Source: an uncultured Clostridia bacterium | GTDB lineage: Bacteria; Bacillota; Clostridia; TANB77; CAG-508 | Length of the DNA stretch: 52,969 nucleotides | Assembly: GCA_947626335.1 (NCBI GenBank) | Contig: CANQRY010000004.1 | Coordinates: forward strand, 1 to 52,969 | Direction: 5' to 3' | Shown here: piece after piece, positions 41,344 through 50,516 of the stretch | How positions within the stretch are numbered: position 1 is the stretch's first letter | Layout: every line of letters starts with the position of its first letter | The notes under the pieces: generated by a model | Databases searched by the model: none | What the model was told of the DNA's origin: nothing | What the model saw: only the letters and a program-made list of their open reading frames with translations | Translations under genes and position numbers: made by a program

Positions 41344-42198
41344 TTGAAAACACTTAGTAATAAATATACTGATAATATTTTTGAAAATATAAAATATATA
41401 GATGAGTTTGGAAATGAATATTGGTTTGCACGTGAATTACAAAAAGTATTAGAATACAAAGACTGGAGAAATTTCCAAAAAGTCATAAATAAAGCAGTGC
41501 TATCTGCAAAAAATAGTATTTCAAATAGGGAAGATTGGGTTGTTGAAGTCAACAAGCCAATAAAAACTGGGAAGGGAAAAAAAGAAATAATTAAAGATTA
41601 TAAATTGCCTAGATATATATGCTATCTTATAGTGCAAAATGCTGATCCAAGTAAAGAAGTTGTTGCTTTAGGGCAAACTTATTTTGCAATTCAAACAAGA
41701 AAACAGGAAATTACAGAGCAAGAATATGAATCTTTATCAGATGATGAAAAAAGATTTTATCAAAGAAAGTTAACTAAGCAAGGTAATTATACACTCCAAA
41801 AAGTAGCTTCATATGCTGGTGTTAAAAATATGGCAGAATTTCATAATGCAGGATATAGAGGATTATATAATGGGGAAACAGCTGATGATATTTTTAAAAG
41901 AAAAAAATTACGTTATAGAGAAGATATACTAGATAACATGAATGAAGATGAATTAGTTGCTAATTTATTTAGAATAAATCAAACGAAGCAAAGATTAATT
42001 AGAGATAATGTACAAGGTGAAAATAATGCCAAGGCTGTTCATTATGAAGTTGGTAAAAAGGTACGAAAAGCTATTCAAGATATTGGTGGAATGATGCCTG
42101 AAGAAATGCCGACACCTAAGAAAAGTTTAAAAGAACTTGAAAAAGAAAAGAAAAAATTAGAAAATAAAGAACAAGAAAAGCTTGAAGAAGTTAAATAA
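41344..42198 (+). CDS. dinD: DNA damage-inducible protein D family
   Basis: FE.IK..DE.GNEYWFARELQ..LEY..W.NF, CYLIVQNADPSK..VALGQTYFAIQTR.QE. Confidence 0.88.
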   Translation: MKTLSNKYTDNIFENIKYIDEFGNEYWFARELQKVLEYKDWRNFQKVINKAVLSAKNSISNREDWVVEVNKPIKTGKGKKEIIKDYKLPRYICYLIVQNADPSKEVVALGQTYFAIQTRKQEITEQEYESLSDDEKRFYQRKLTKQGNYTLQKVASYAGVKNMAEFHNAGYRGLYNGETADDIFKRKKLRYREDILDNMNEDELVANLFRINQTKQRLIRDNVQGENNAKAVHYEVGKKVRKAIQDIGGMMPEEMPTPKKSLKELEKEKKKLENKEQEKLEEVK

Positions 42199-42216
42199 TT
42201 TATGGAAGTGATAAAA

Positions 42217-42657
42217 ATGATTGTAATAAAAAAAAGTAATCATAAAGAACTGAAAGAAGCAATTGATAACAAATTATCCCAATTCAATAGAGAAAAATGT
42301 CAATGGTTAAGAAATAATTCTAGTATTGATCAAAAAGAATACGAAGAAAATGAGCATAATTTTTTTGTATATGTAAATGACAAATTGGTAGGTGGAGCAA
42401 TTGGATATATAAAATATAATTGGTATTTTTTGGATTTATTGTACATTGATGACGAATATCGTGGACAAGATATAGGTACAGAATTAATTAATCGAATTGA
42501 AAAATTGGCTCGAAAAGAAAAATTAGTAGGCATTAGAATGGAAACATGGGACTTTCAAGCTCGAGGTTTTTATGAGAAAAATGGATATATAGTATATGCA
42601 GAAATAAAAGACTGTCCACCTGGTACAATAGATTACTTTTTGAAAAAGGAAATATAA
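42217..42657 (+). CDS. GNAT family N-acetyltransferase
   Basis: L.IDDEYRGQDIGTELI, T..FQARGFYEKNGY. Confidence 0.9.
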   Translation: MIVIKKSNHKELKEAIDNKLSQFNREKCQWLRNNSSIDQKEYEENEHNFFVYVNDKLVGGAIGYIKYNWYFLDLLYIDDEYRGQDIGTELINRIEKLARKEKLVGIRMETWDFQARGFYEKNGYIVYAEIKDCPPGTIDYFLKKEI

Positions 42658-42855
42658 TAAATTTTATTAGAAAGTGATAAAAATGGAGGGGCTTAAAAAT
42701 AGTATATTAACCTTGAACAGTAATTTTGATGGTAGAGTTAGTATGTACATGATAATTATGAGTGATAATATTATAACAAGCAAAATGATTGAGTATTTAG
42801 GTTATGATGACAAAAATAAGGCTATAAAAAAATTAATTACAAAGGAAGTGAAAAA

Positions 42856-43747
42856 ATGGACGAAAATAAAATGAATATTAACTGGTACCCACGGACACAT
42901 GGCAAAAACTAAAAAACAAATCATAGAAGATTTAAAATTAGTAGATGTTGTAGTAGAAATTTTAGATGCACGTATTCCAATATCTAGCCAAAATCCAGAT
43001 ATTAAAGAAATAATAAAAAATAAAAAAAGACTTGTTATTTTAAATAAGTCTGACTTATCATGTGAAAAAGAAAATCAAAAATGGTTATCATATTTTAAAC
43101 AAAATGAAATTCCTGCAGTTCTAGTAGATAGTAATTCAGGAAAAGGAGTTATAGATGCTATTAAGGCTATAGAAAACGTTTATGATAAAGAAAAGTATGA
43201 AAATAAAGGGCGAGTAGGAAAATCAATAAGAGTAATGATTTTAGGAATTCCAAATGTAGGAAAATCATCTTTTATAAATAGAATTTCTAAAAAAAGTAGT
43301 GCTAAAGTAGGAAACAAACCAGGAGTAACAAGGCAAAAACAATGGGTTAGAGTATCAAATGAAATAGAACTATTAGATACACCTGGTGTATTATGGCCAA
43401 AACTAAACAATCAAAAGGTGGCTTTAAACTTAGCATTTACAGGAACAATAAAAGATGATATATTACAAACTATTGAAGTAGGCTATGAACTATTAAAAAT
43501 ATTAGTAAAAGAATATACTTCTAATTTACTAGAAAGATATAAAATAGAACCTCAAGAATTTGAAAATATAATAAACAGTAGTTTAGAAGAAAATGAAAAA
43601 ATATTAGAAATTATGAATTTAATAGGCAAAAAAAGAGGAGCAATAGTATCTGGTGGGCAAATAGATACAGAGAGAGTTTCTGAAATTTTATTAGATGATT
43701 TTAGAAGCGGAAAATTAGGAAAAATAACTTTAGAGAAAGCAAATTAA
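42856..43747 (+). CDS. rbgA: Ribosome biogenesis GTPase RbgA/YlqF; N-terminus needs a +1 shift at CGG 42892
   Basis: DARIP.SS.NP, NKSD, GIPNVGKSS, DTPG; upstream MDENKMNINWYP joins GHMAK when C42892 is skipped. Confidence 0.95.
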
Positions 43748-43759
43748 AAGGAGAAAAAA

Positions 43760-44164
43760 TTGGAACTATTTAATATAAATAAAAATGAGTTAGATATAAA
43801 TCAAATGTCACCACTTACATGGGCATACATAGGAGATAGTGTATACGAGCTTTATGTGCGTACACATTTAATAAATTCTACAAACTTAAAACCAAACAAA
43901 TTACACTTAGAATCTATAAAATATGTAAAAGCAAAAGCACAGGCAAATATATTAAAAAAACTTGAAAATAGCTTAACAGACGAAGAAAAAGAAATAGTAA
44001 AAAGAGGAAGAAACACACAGCTTCATCATATAGCAAAAAATGCAAGTGTTACTGAATACATACATGCAACAGCTTTTGAAGCACTAATTGGTTATTTATA
44101 TTTAACCAGAAATGAAAAAAGACTAGAAGAAATATTAAAGCTAGCTATTGAAAATAGAACTTAA
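43760..44164 (+). CDS. mrnC: Mini-ribonuclease III
   Basis: AYIGDSVYELYVR, YVKAKAQA, KRGRN, ATAFEALIGYLYL. Confidence 0.95.
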   Translation: MELFNINKNELDINQMSPLTWAYIGDSVYELYVRTHLINSTNLKPNKLHLESIKYVKAKAQANILKKLENSLTDEEKEIVKRGRNTQLHHIAKNASVTEYIHATAFEALIGYLYLTRNEKRLEEILKLAIENRT

Positions 44165-44197
44165 AAACCTAGGATTAAAATTTTTAAAACCAAAAAT

Positions 44198-44233
44198 AGC
44201 CTTAAAGTTAGTATTATAATTAACTTTAAGGCT
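44198..44233. terminator. Hairpin / probable terminator
   Basis: AGCCTTAAAGTTA / TAACTTTAAGGCT. Confidence 0.7.
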
Positions 44234-44411
44234 TAATTTATGAAAGAAAAATTATTTTGTCTAATTATGTTACAAAAAGTTCATATAAATGAAATAGATT
44301 TGTAATATTATAATGCTATAATATAAATAATTATTATAAGGCATATAAAATAATTAATTGAAAAAGTCTAATATTAGTAATTAAATTATTGTATTATGTG
44401 AGGTAAAACAT

Positions 44412-46757
44412 ATGAAAAAATCAAATAAGTATAAAAAGGAAAACACTTTAAATTTAAAGAAAATGCTTATTATATTTACCATAATCATTATGATTAGTAT
44501 TTTTAGCATACCATACATATCAATAGCATTTTTTAAAAATATATCAACAATTGCTTCAAATGTTGACGATGACCTGGTACTAGATACTAGCTTAGCAAAA
44601 ATTATAAATCCTACAAATTATGGTGATTGGGCAAACTATCCAGTAGATTTAAATGATAATGGAATCACTACAGATGATTGGAAAATATTTTATAATGATG
44701 GAACAACAGTATATTTAATTGCAGCAGACTATTTGAAGGCTAGTAAAATTCCAGAAGAAGCTGGAATGACAACAAATGGAGAATATAATGCATATTGGAA
44801 AGACGATAGCAACTTTGCAGAAAAACAAGGAATGGGCGATTTATCAACAGATGTAGCAAATAGATTTATGTTAAGAAAATATAAAAACGATATAGAATAT
44901 GCAAATGTTACAGATATAAACTCAAAAGCAACAGCAATATTGCTAGACACCAATATATGGAAAGATTTTGCATTAGGCTTTCCAGGTTCATTTGCTTATG
45001 GAAGTCCAACAGTTGAAATGTGGGTTGATTCATGGAATCAAAAGGGTTATGGAGAATTATATGATAAAGTAGTAAGAGAAACAGATAATTATACTTTCAG
45101 TAATTGTAATGATTCTTATGTACATTATTATGAAACTAAAGGATATGGCTATAGAGTAGGAACAACAGAGAATAATCCAGTGGAAAATCTAAATATATCT
45201 GCAGATATAAATGGGTATAATGATGAACTATATTTCCCACATACTTCAGCATTAGGAACAACAGAAAAATATTGGTTTGCTACCCCTACTTATAGAGAAT
45301 ATCAAAATAGCTTTATGTGCCCACATCAAGCTGAATGTGTATTTAAAGATACTGATATTACAATTTCTTTAGATGGTTCAACTAAAGAAGCACAAAAATT
45401 ACATGAAGGAGACACAATAGTTTATTATAATATAGATACAAACAGCGTAGAAGAAGGAACTATAGAAAAAGTATATATACACTCAAATGCTAAATCGTTT
45501 GTACAATATACATTTAATGACGGAAAAGAATTAAAAGTAACAGATTACCATCCAATATATACAAAAGAAGGCTGGAAGTCCTTTACTGAAAGAAATGGTT
45601 ATCCAAAACCTCAAATTGGAGATGAAGTAAAAACAATAGCAGGCTGGAAAACAATTACTAATATTACAACATTCTCAGGAGAAGAAAATTGCTATGATTT
45701 TTCAGTTAAAAAAAGCAATTCTGAAGATAATGTAAATAATTATTTTGCTAACGATACATTGGTTCAAAGTGCAATAGATACTAAACCACATGAAACAGGA
45801 GATTATGGTTCTGTACTATATAATGAGTTTAGCATGGACTGTTTAGTTAGTTGCTCATATGAAGGAATTGTTGGAGGCACAAGGCTAAATATAGAAGAAA
45901 GTAATGCAGCAATAAGACCAATAGTAGTACTACCAACTAGTGCAATAGGATGTATTGACAATCAGGGAGTATGGCATCTAGGTGAAGAATCAGGAAAATT
46001 AATAGTACATCATTATTTAGAAAATGAAAATGAAGAAGAAACTGAAAACGTAAAACTAGCAGAAGATGAAATTAAAGATAATCTTGCAGACGGATATAAT
46101 TATGTAACAACTCCACTATCTCCAGATAAATACGATACAGATAAATATGAATATACTGGAAGACATACGGGAGATGAAACAGAAGGACAAATAGTAGCAG
46201 AAGAAACAAAAGAAGTTACATATTGGTATAAAGAAAAAACACATAAAATAACAACAGAAGTTAAAGGAATAGGGGGACATATAACAGGCGAGGGACAAGA
46301 AAAATATGAAGAAGTTAAACATTTAAATAATAGTACAAAAGATATAGTAGTTACACCAGATGAAGGATATCATATAAAAAGTATAACTATAAATGAAAAT
46401 GAAGTAGAATTTACAGAAAATGAAGATGGAACATATATGCTTCCTAAATTTGAAAGAATGACAGAAGATAAGCATATAGTAGTTGAATTTGAAAAAACAG
46501 AAGTAGAACCAAGCCCAAGTCCATCACCAACACCAAGTCCAAGCCCAGACCCAAGTCCATCACCAACACCAAGTCCAAGCCCAGACCCAACACCAGATCA
46601 AAACCCATCTGGTAATCAATCAGAAAGTGGCAATAAGAAACCTCAAGAAACTTTACCTCAAACAGGAGAAAGAATAAATATATTAGGAATTATAGTTGTA
46701 GTATTCATTTTTGGAACAATATCATTTATAAAATATAAAAAATTAGTTATAAAATAG
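44412..46757 (+). CDS. Sortase-anchored surface protein with internal Hint domain, MucBP-like domain and Pro/Ser/Thr linker
   Basis: Signal peptide; Hint at aa 309-453; GKLIVHHY..EVTYWYK module; LPQTG + TM + KYKK. Confidence 0.85.
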   Translation: MKKSNKYKKENTLNLKKMLIIFTIIIMISIFSIPYISIAFFKNISTIASNVDDDLVLDTSLAKIINPTNYGDWANYPVDLNDNGITTDDWKIFYNDGTTVYLIAADYLKASKIPEEAGMTTNGEYNAYWKDDSNFAEKQGMGDLSTDVANRFMLRKYKNDIEYANVTDINSKATAILLDTNIWKDFALGFPGSFAYGSPTVEMWVDSWNQKGYGELYDKVVRETDNYTFSNCNDSYVHYYETKGYGYRVGTTENNPVENLNISADINGYNDELYFPHTSALGTTEKYWFATPTYREYQNSFMCPHQAECVFKDTDITISLDGSTKEAQKLHEGDTIVYYNIDTNSVEEGTIEKVYIHSNAKSFVQYTFNDGKELKVTDYHPIYTKEGWKSFTERNGYPKPQIGDEVKTIAGWKTITNITTFSGEENCYDFSVKKSNSEDNVNNYFANDTLVQSAIDTKPHETGDYGSVLYNEFSMDCLVSCSYEGIVGGTRLNIEESNAAIRPIVVLPTSAIGCIDNQGVWHLGEESGKLIVHHYLENENEEETENVKLAEDEIKDNLADGYNYVTTPLSPDKYDTDKYEYTGRHTGDETEGQIVAEETKEVTYWYKEKTHKITTEVKGIGGHITGEGQEKYEEVKHLNNSTKDIVVTPDEGYHIKSITINENEVEFTENEDGTYMLPKFERMTEDKHIVVEFEKTEVEPSPSPSPTPSPSPDPSPSPTPSPSPDPTPDQNPSGNQSESGNKKPQETLPQTGERINILGIIVVVFIFGTISFIKYKKLVIK
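45336..45770 (+). other. Hint (bacterial intein-like) domain, 145 aa
   Basis: Block A CVFKDTDI, block B VTDYHPIY, block F CYDFSV, block G NNYFANDTLVQS. Confidence 0.85.
46514..46590 (+). repeat. 36-bp tandem duplication encoding PSPSPTPSPSPD
   Basis: CCCAAGTCCATCACCAACACCAAGTCCAAGCCCAGA twice (46514-46549, 46550-46585). Confidence 0.9.
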
Positions 46758-46828
46758 TAATTTACTAATATAATAAATTATTGCTAAGGACATATAAAAA
46801 TTTATTTAATATAAAAGACAGATACTAG

Positions 46829-46871
46829 TGAACTGAACTCAAAAAGTTAGATACTTTTTGGGTTCAGTTTA
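46829..46871. mobile_element. 43-bp IS3-family-like end remnant (mini element)
   Basis: TGAACTGAACTCAAAAAGT / ACTTTTTGGGTTCAGTTTA inverted ends; TAG direct repeat on both sides. Confidence 0.65.
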
Positions 46872-47007
46872 TAGTTTATCTATCTTTATATATGCAACAA
46901 AGAAAGTTTTTGACATATAAATTTAGAGCAAAAAAGTCAAGAAAATGGAACTAACCAATTGACTAAACCACTTTAAATATGTTATAGTAATAAGGTAATT
47001 TAAAAAA

Positions 47008-47082
47008 GGCCCCTTGGTCAAGCGGTTAAGACGCGGCCCTCTCAAGGCCGAATCATGGGTTCGATTCCCGTAGGGGTCACCA
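47008..47082 (+). tRNA. tRNA-Glu (CTC)
   Basis: GGCCCCT...AGGGGTC-A-CCA; anticodon arm CGGCC-CTCTCAA-GGCCG. Confidence 0.97.
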
Positions 47083-47165
47083 AAATATAATTGTTATTTC
47101 AATTTATAATAAATAATATTTATAACATTATATAAATTCAGATTACAGCAAAATTCAAAAAAACT

Positions 47166-47198
47166 ATCCCCAGAAGTAATTAAACTTCTGGGGATTTT
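47166..47198. terminator. Bidirectional intrinsic terminator
   Basis: ATCCCCAGAAGT / ACTTCTGGGGAT. Confidence 0.85.
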
Positions 47199-47211
47199 GT
47201 GGTGAGACTTT

Positions 47212-47376
47212 TTAGGTCCACTTCCTGTCGATTTTGGATTTGGACTTGTAGGAACCTTTGGTTCCCTTTTTCTTCGAAGATACCTCGCGAGAGGCATCTT
47301 TTTGAATTTGGCTTATCGCCCGTTGGGTAGCCTCACCATAGCCAAGAGGTAAGGCACTGCTGAAATTTTTCTTCAT
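47212..47376 (-). CDS. GC-richer basic orphan peptide (54 aa)
   Basis: AGGAGG RBS; TTTACT-17-TATAAT promoter; terminator downstream. Confidence 0.55.
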   Translation of the reverse strand: MKKNFSSALPLGYGEATQRAISQIQKDASREVSSKKKGTKGSYKSKSKIDRKWT

Positions 47377-47604
47377 GATGGACCTCCTGAAAATAAAAAT
47401 ATATTCGTATTTACGAATAACAAAATTATACCACAAAATACATAAGAAGTAAATAATTTTTAAAAAGTTATTGACAAAACAAAAATTTGGTATATAATAC
47501 ATATATACGAACAAGATTTTGCACCTAAAATATAATTTAAAAATTGCAAAAATATACTTATATACTTTTCAGTAACTAATGTTAAAAGTAAAGGAGAATT
47601 TTTT

Positions 47605-49227
47605 ATGATAACAACATTACACATAAAAAATATAGGAATTATAGATGACCTAACCATAGACTTTAACGAGGGACTAAATATTTTAACAGGTGAAACCGGT
47701 GCAGGCAAAACTCTTATAATAGGTTCAATAGGCATTATAGCAGGTGGCAGGTTTTCTAAAGAAATAATTAGAAAAGGCGAGGAATTTTCATACATAGAAG
47801 CAAATATTTATTGTCCTGAAAATGAACTTGCAGTTGATGGTAACATTATAGTATCACGAGAAATTCATGCAAATGGTCGAAATTCATGTAAAATAAATGG
47901 CAGGCTTGTAACTGTTGCCGAGCTTAAAGAAATTATGAGTCAAATAATAGATATGCACGGTCAGCACGATAGCCAGTTATTATTAAATCCTGCAGAACAT
48001 ATTTCATATTTAGATAATTTTATTGGAGAAGGTCTAAATGCTCAAAAAGAAAAATATCAAGCATTATATGAAAAATATTTGCAAATTAAGCAAAATTTAA
48101 AATCTAATTATGGGGATGAACAAGAAAAAGCCCGCAAATTAGACTTATTAACTTATCAATTTAATGAAATAGAAATGGCAAAATTAAAAATAGGTGAAGA
48201 AGAAGATTTATTAGAGCAAAGCAAAAAAATGCATAATTCAGAAAAATTAAAACAAAGTATAGGAATTATAGATGCAGAGCTTAATGAAAATGTAATTTCA
48301 GGAATTAGTAATTGTATTAAAAGTTTTGAAAAAATAGAAGACTGCGGAAATGATTATAAAGAAAAGTTAGCAAGTTTAAAAAGCATTTACTATGATATTC
48401 AAGAAATGGCAAGAGATATTTCATACATGAGCAGTGAAACCGATTTTGACGAAAGCATGCAAAACGAAATAGAAAATAGGATTGACCTAATTTACTCATT
48501 AAAAAGAAAATATGGTAATAGTATTGAAAGCATTTTAAACTATAAAGCTAATGTGCAAGAAGAAATAAACAAAATTCAAAATATAGAAAATATAAATGAA
48601 AATCTAAGAAAAAATCTAAAACAAATAGAAGAACAAATGCTAGAAATTTGCAAAGAAATGAACAAACAAAGAGTAGAACAAGCCAAAATATTATCAAATA
48701 AAATTAACAAAGAACTAAACTTATTAGAAATGCAAAATGCTAAATTTTCTGTAAATATACAAACAAATGAAAGTTTTAATGAAAATGGTTTAGACAAAAT
48801 AGAATTTTTTATATGCACAAACATAGGCGAAGAAGCAAAACCACTTATAAAAATTGCATCAGGTGGAGAAATGTCACGTATAATGCTTGCAATAAAAACA
48901 GTTCTTGCTAGTGTAGATAAAGTATCTACATTAGTATTTGATGAAATAGATACTGGAATTAGCGGAATGGCATCAAAAGCTGTAGGAGAAAAACTAAAAC
49001 AAATTTCAAAAACTCAGCAAGTATTGTGTATTACTCATTCTGCATCTATTGCTGCTAAAGGCGATTACAACTATTATATTAGTAAAAAAGTAGAACAAGG
49101 AAAAACATTTACAAACATCCAAATGCTATCAGAAGAAAAAGTTATAGAAGAAATAGCTAGAATTTCATCAGGAAATATTACAACTATTGCCAAAGAACAT
49201 GCAAAAGAGTTAAGAAAAGCAGGTTAA
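47605..49227 (+). CDS. recN: DNA repair protein RecN
   Basis: LTGETGAGKT, HGQHD, ASGGEMSRIMLA, FDEIDTGISG, CITH. Confidence 0.97.
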   Translation: MITTLHIKNIGIIDDLTIDFNEGLNILTGETGAGKTLIIGSIGIIAGGRFSKEIIRKGEEFSYIEANIYCPENELAVDGNIIVSREIHANGRNSCKINGRLVTVAELKEIMSQIIDMHGQHDSQLLLNPAEHISYLDNFIGEGLNAQKEKYQALYEKYLQIKQNLKSNYGDEQEKARKLDLLTYQFNEIEMAKLKIGEEEDLLEQSKKMHNSEKLKQSIGIIDAELNENVISGISNCIKSFEKIEDCGNDYKEKLASLKSIYYDIQEMARDISYMSSETDFDESMQNEIENRIDLIYSLKRKYGNSIESILNYKANVQEEINKIQNIENINENLRKNLKQIEEQMLEICKEMNKQRVEQAKILSNKINKELNLLEMQNAKFSVNIQTNESFNENGLDKIEFFICTNIGEEAKPLIKIASGGEMSRIMLAIKTVLASVDKVSTLVFDEIDTGISGMASKAVGEKLKQISKTQQVLCITHSASIAAKGDYNYYISKKVEQGKTFTNIQMLSEEKVIEEIARISSGNITTIAKEHAKELRKAG

Positions 49228-49414
49228 CTAAATAAATTGTAAACAAATAAATATCAAAACACTAATATCAACAGCTATTATAGATTCTATTTAACATTAA
49301 AACTTTACGTAATTTGCAAGTTTGCAAAACATGTGTTATAATAGGTTAGAGACCTTTTATAAACTCAATGCTATCATTTAGCATTGAAAAAACAAAAGAA
49401 GGAGAAAAGCAAAT

Positions 49415-50353
49415 ATGCGTGTTAAGAAGCGTGACTGGAAGAAGTATCGGCGGCTATTCATTTTGATAGCCATTACCATCTTATGGCTGGTAATAGCCGT
49501 ATGTTCTGTTGTTGATCTCGTAAAAAACGAGAAAGCACAGAATAATGGCGAGGACGTAGCCCAAGCAGGAAACGAGAGCACTGAACCTTTTTGCTCACCA
49601 GTACTGGTTATTGATGAGCCGGAGCAAGGAATTGCATTACAATATTACATTACGCAAAACAATGTTTCACCAACTACTGCACCAGAGACAGCAGAACCTA
49701 CACCGGAACAAAGTGATGTTCCTACTGCAGAACCCACGGCTAGTACTACAGAGCAAGAAGCAACACCAGAGCCTACTCCAGCATTCACTCCAGCACCTAC
49801 TCCAGAACCTACTGCAACACCAACAGCTCAGCCTACTCAGGAGCCAACAACTGCTCCTGAACCTACACCAGAAGTAACAGAGCCTGTTACGGATAACGGT
49901 AATTCATCTGAAGATGGCTCCAACGAACAATCCACTTATTGGTGGATTTCTAGTTATCAAAACCCAAATGATTCGTTAGTAACAGCATTAGGGAATGTGA
50001 TCTATAGAGAAGTAGGAGCTTATATAAGTACATTAGATTATGATGAAGCCATATACACGTACAAGTTATTAGGCAGTACAGTACTGCACCGACTTGAACT
50101 TGGGATTCATCATCATAGAACTGTACAAGATGTAATTAACTGTAGAAGTTGTTTTGGAAGTGTAAGTAGCAGGAATAGGAATGGCGTAGAAGAATGCTAC
50201 ATAGTTGCAGAAAATCTACTTAAAAATGGACCTATTGGTCCAAAAAATCTCATCTTTGCCGCTGCGTTTAGGCAGGGAGAAGTCTACTACGTAGCAAACG
50301 ATGGACGGTGGGTTACCTACTATGGAACAAATTCAGACTATCCAGCTTCATAA
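49415..50353 (+). CDS. GC-richer membrane-anchored protein with Pro/Thr/Glu stalk and divergent SleB-like (Hydrolase_2) domain
   Basis: TM; PTPEPTA-type linker; LGNVIYREVG..LGSTVLHRL..TVQDVI..F parallels SleB LTRIVYGEARG..AAVVLNRV..SVAGVI..F. Confidence 0.65.
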   Translation: MRVKKRDWKKYRRLFILIAITILWLVIAVCSVVDLVKNEKAQNNGEDVAQAGNESTEPFCSPVLVIDEPEQGIALQYYITQNNVSPTTAPETAEPTPEQSDVPTAEPTASTTEQEATPEPTPAFTPAPTPEPTATPTAQPTQEPTTAPEPTPEVTEPVTDNGNSSEDGSNEQSTYWWISSYQNPNDSLVTALGNVIYREVGAYISTLDYDEAIYTYKLLGSTVLHRLELGIHHHRTVQDVINCRSCFGSVSSRNRNGVEECYIVAENLLKNGPIGPKNLIFAAAFRQGEVYYVANDGRWVTYYGTNSDYPAS

Positions 50354-50367
50354 CTAAAAAGGCCTAA

Positions 50368-50403
50368 AAGCCAGGAGAAAGCAATGCAATCTCCTGGCTT
50401 TCT
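50368..50403 (+). terminator. Intrinsic terminator
   Basis: AAGCCAGGAGA / TCTCCTGGCTT. Confidence 0.85.
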
Positions 50404-50516
50404 CCTTGCGTAAAAAATCAAAAACAAAATCATATTTTTAATTACTAATTATTTACATATTTTAATTTATAAGGTATAATGAGTACATTAAAACAAAAAG
50501 AAAGGGAGAATTGCTT

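Noticed and set aside
42674-42874. 66-aa ORF before rbgA
   Set aside because: No recognisable features and it overlaps the real rbgA start at 42856; at most a remnant.
46505-46600. Short repeats resembling an array
   Set aside because: In-frame Pro/Ser/Thr linker without spacers; not CRISPR.
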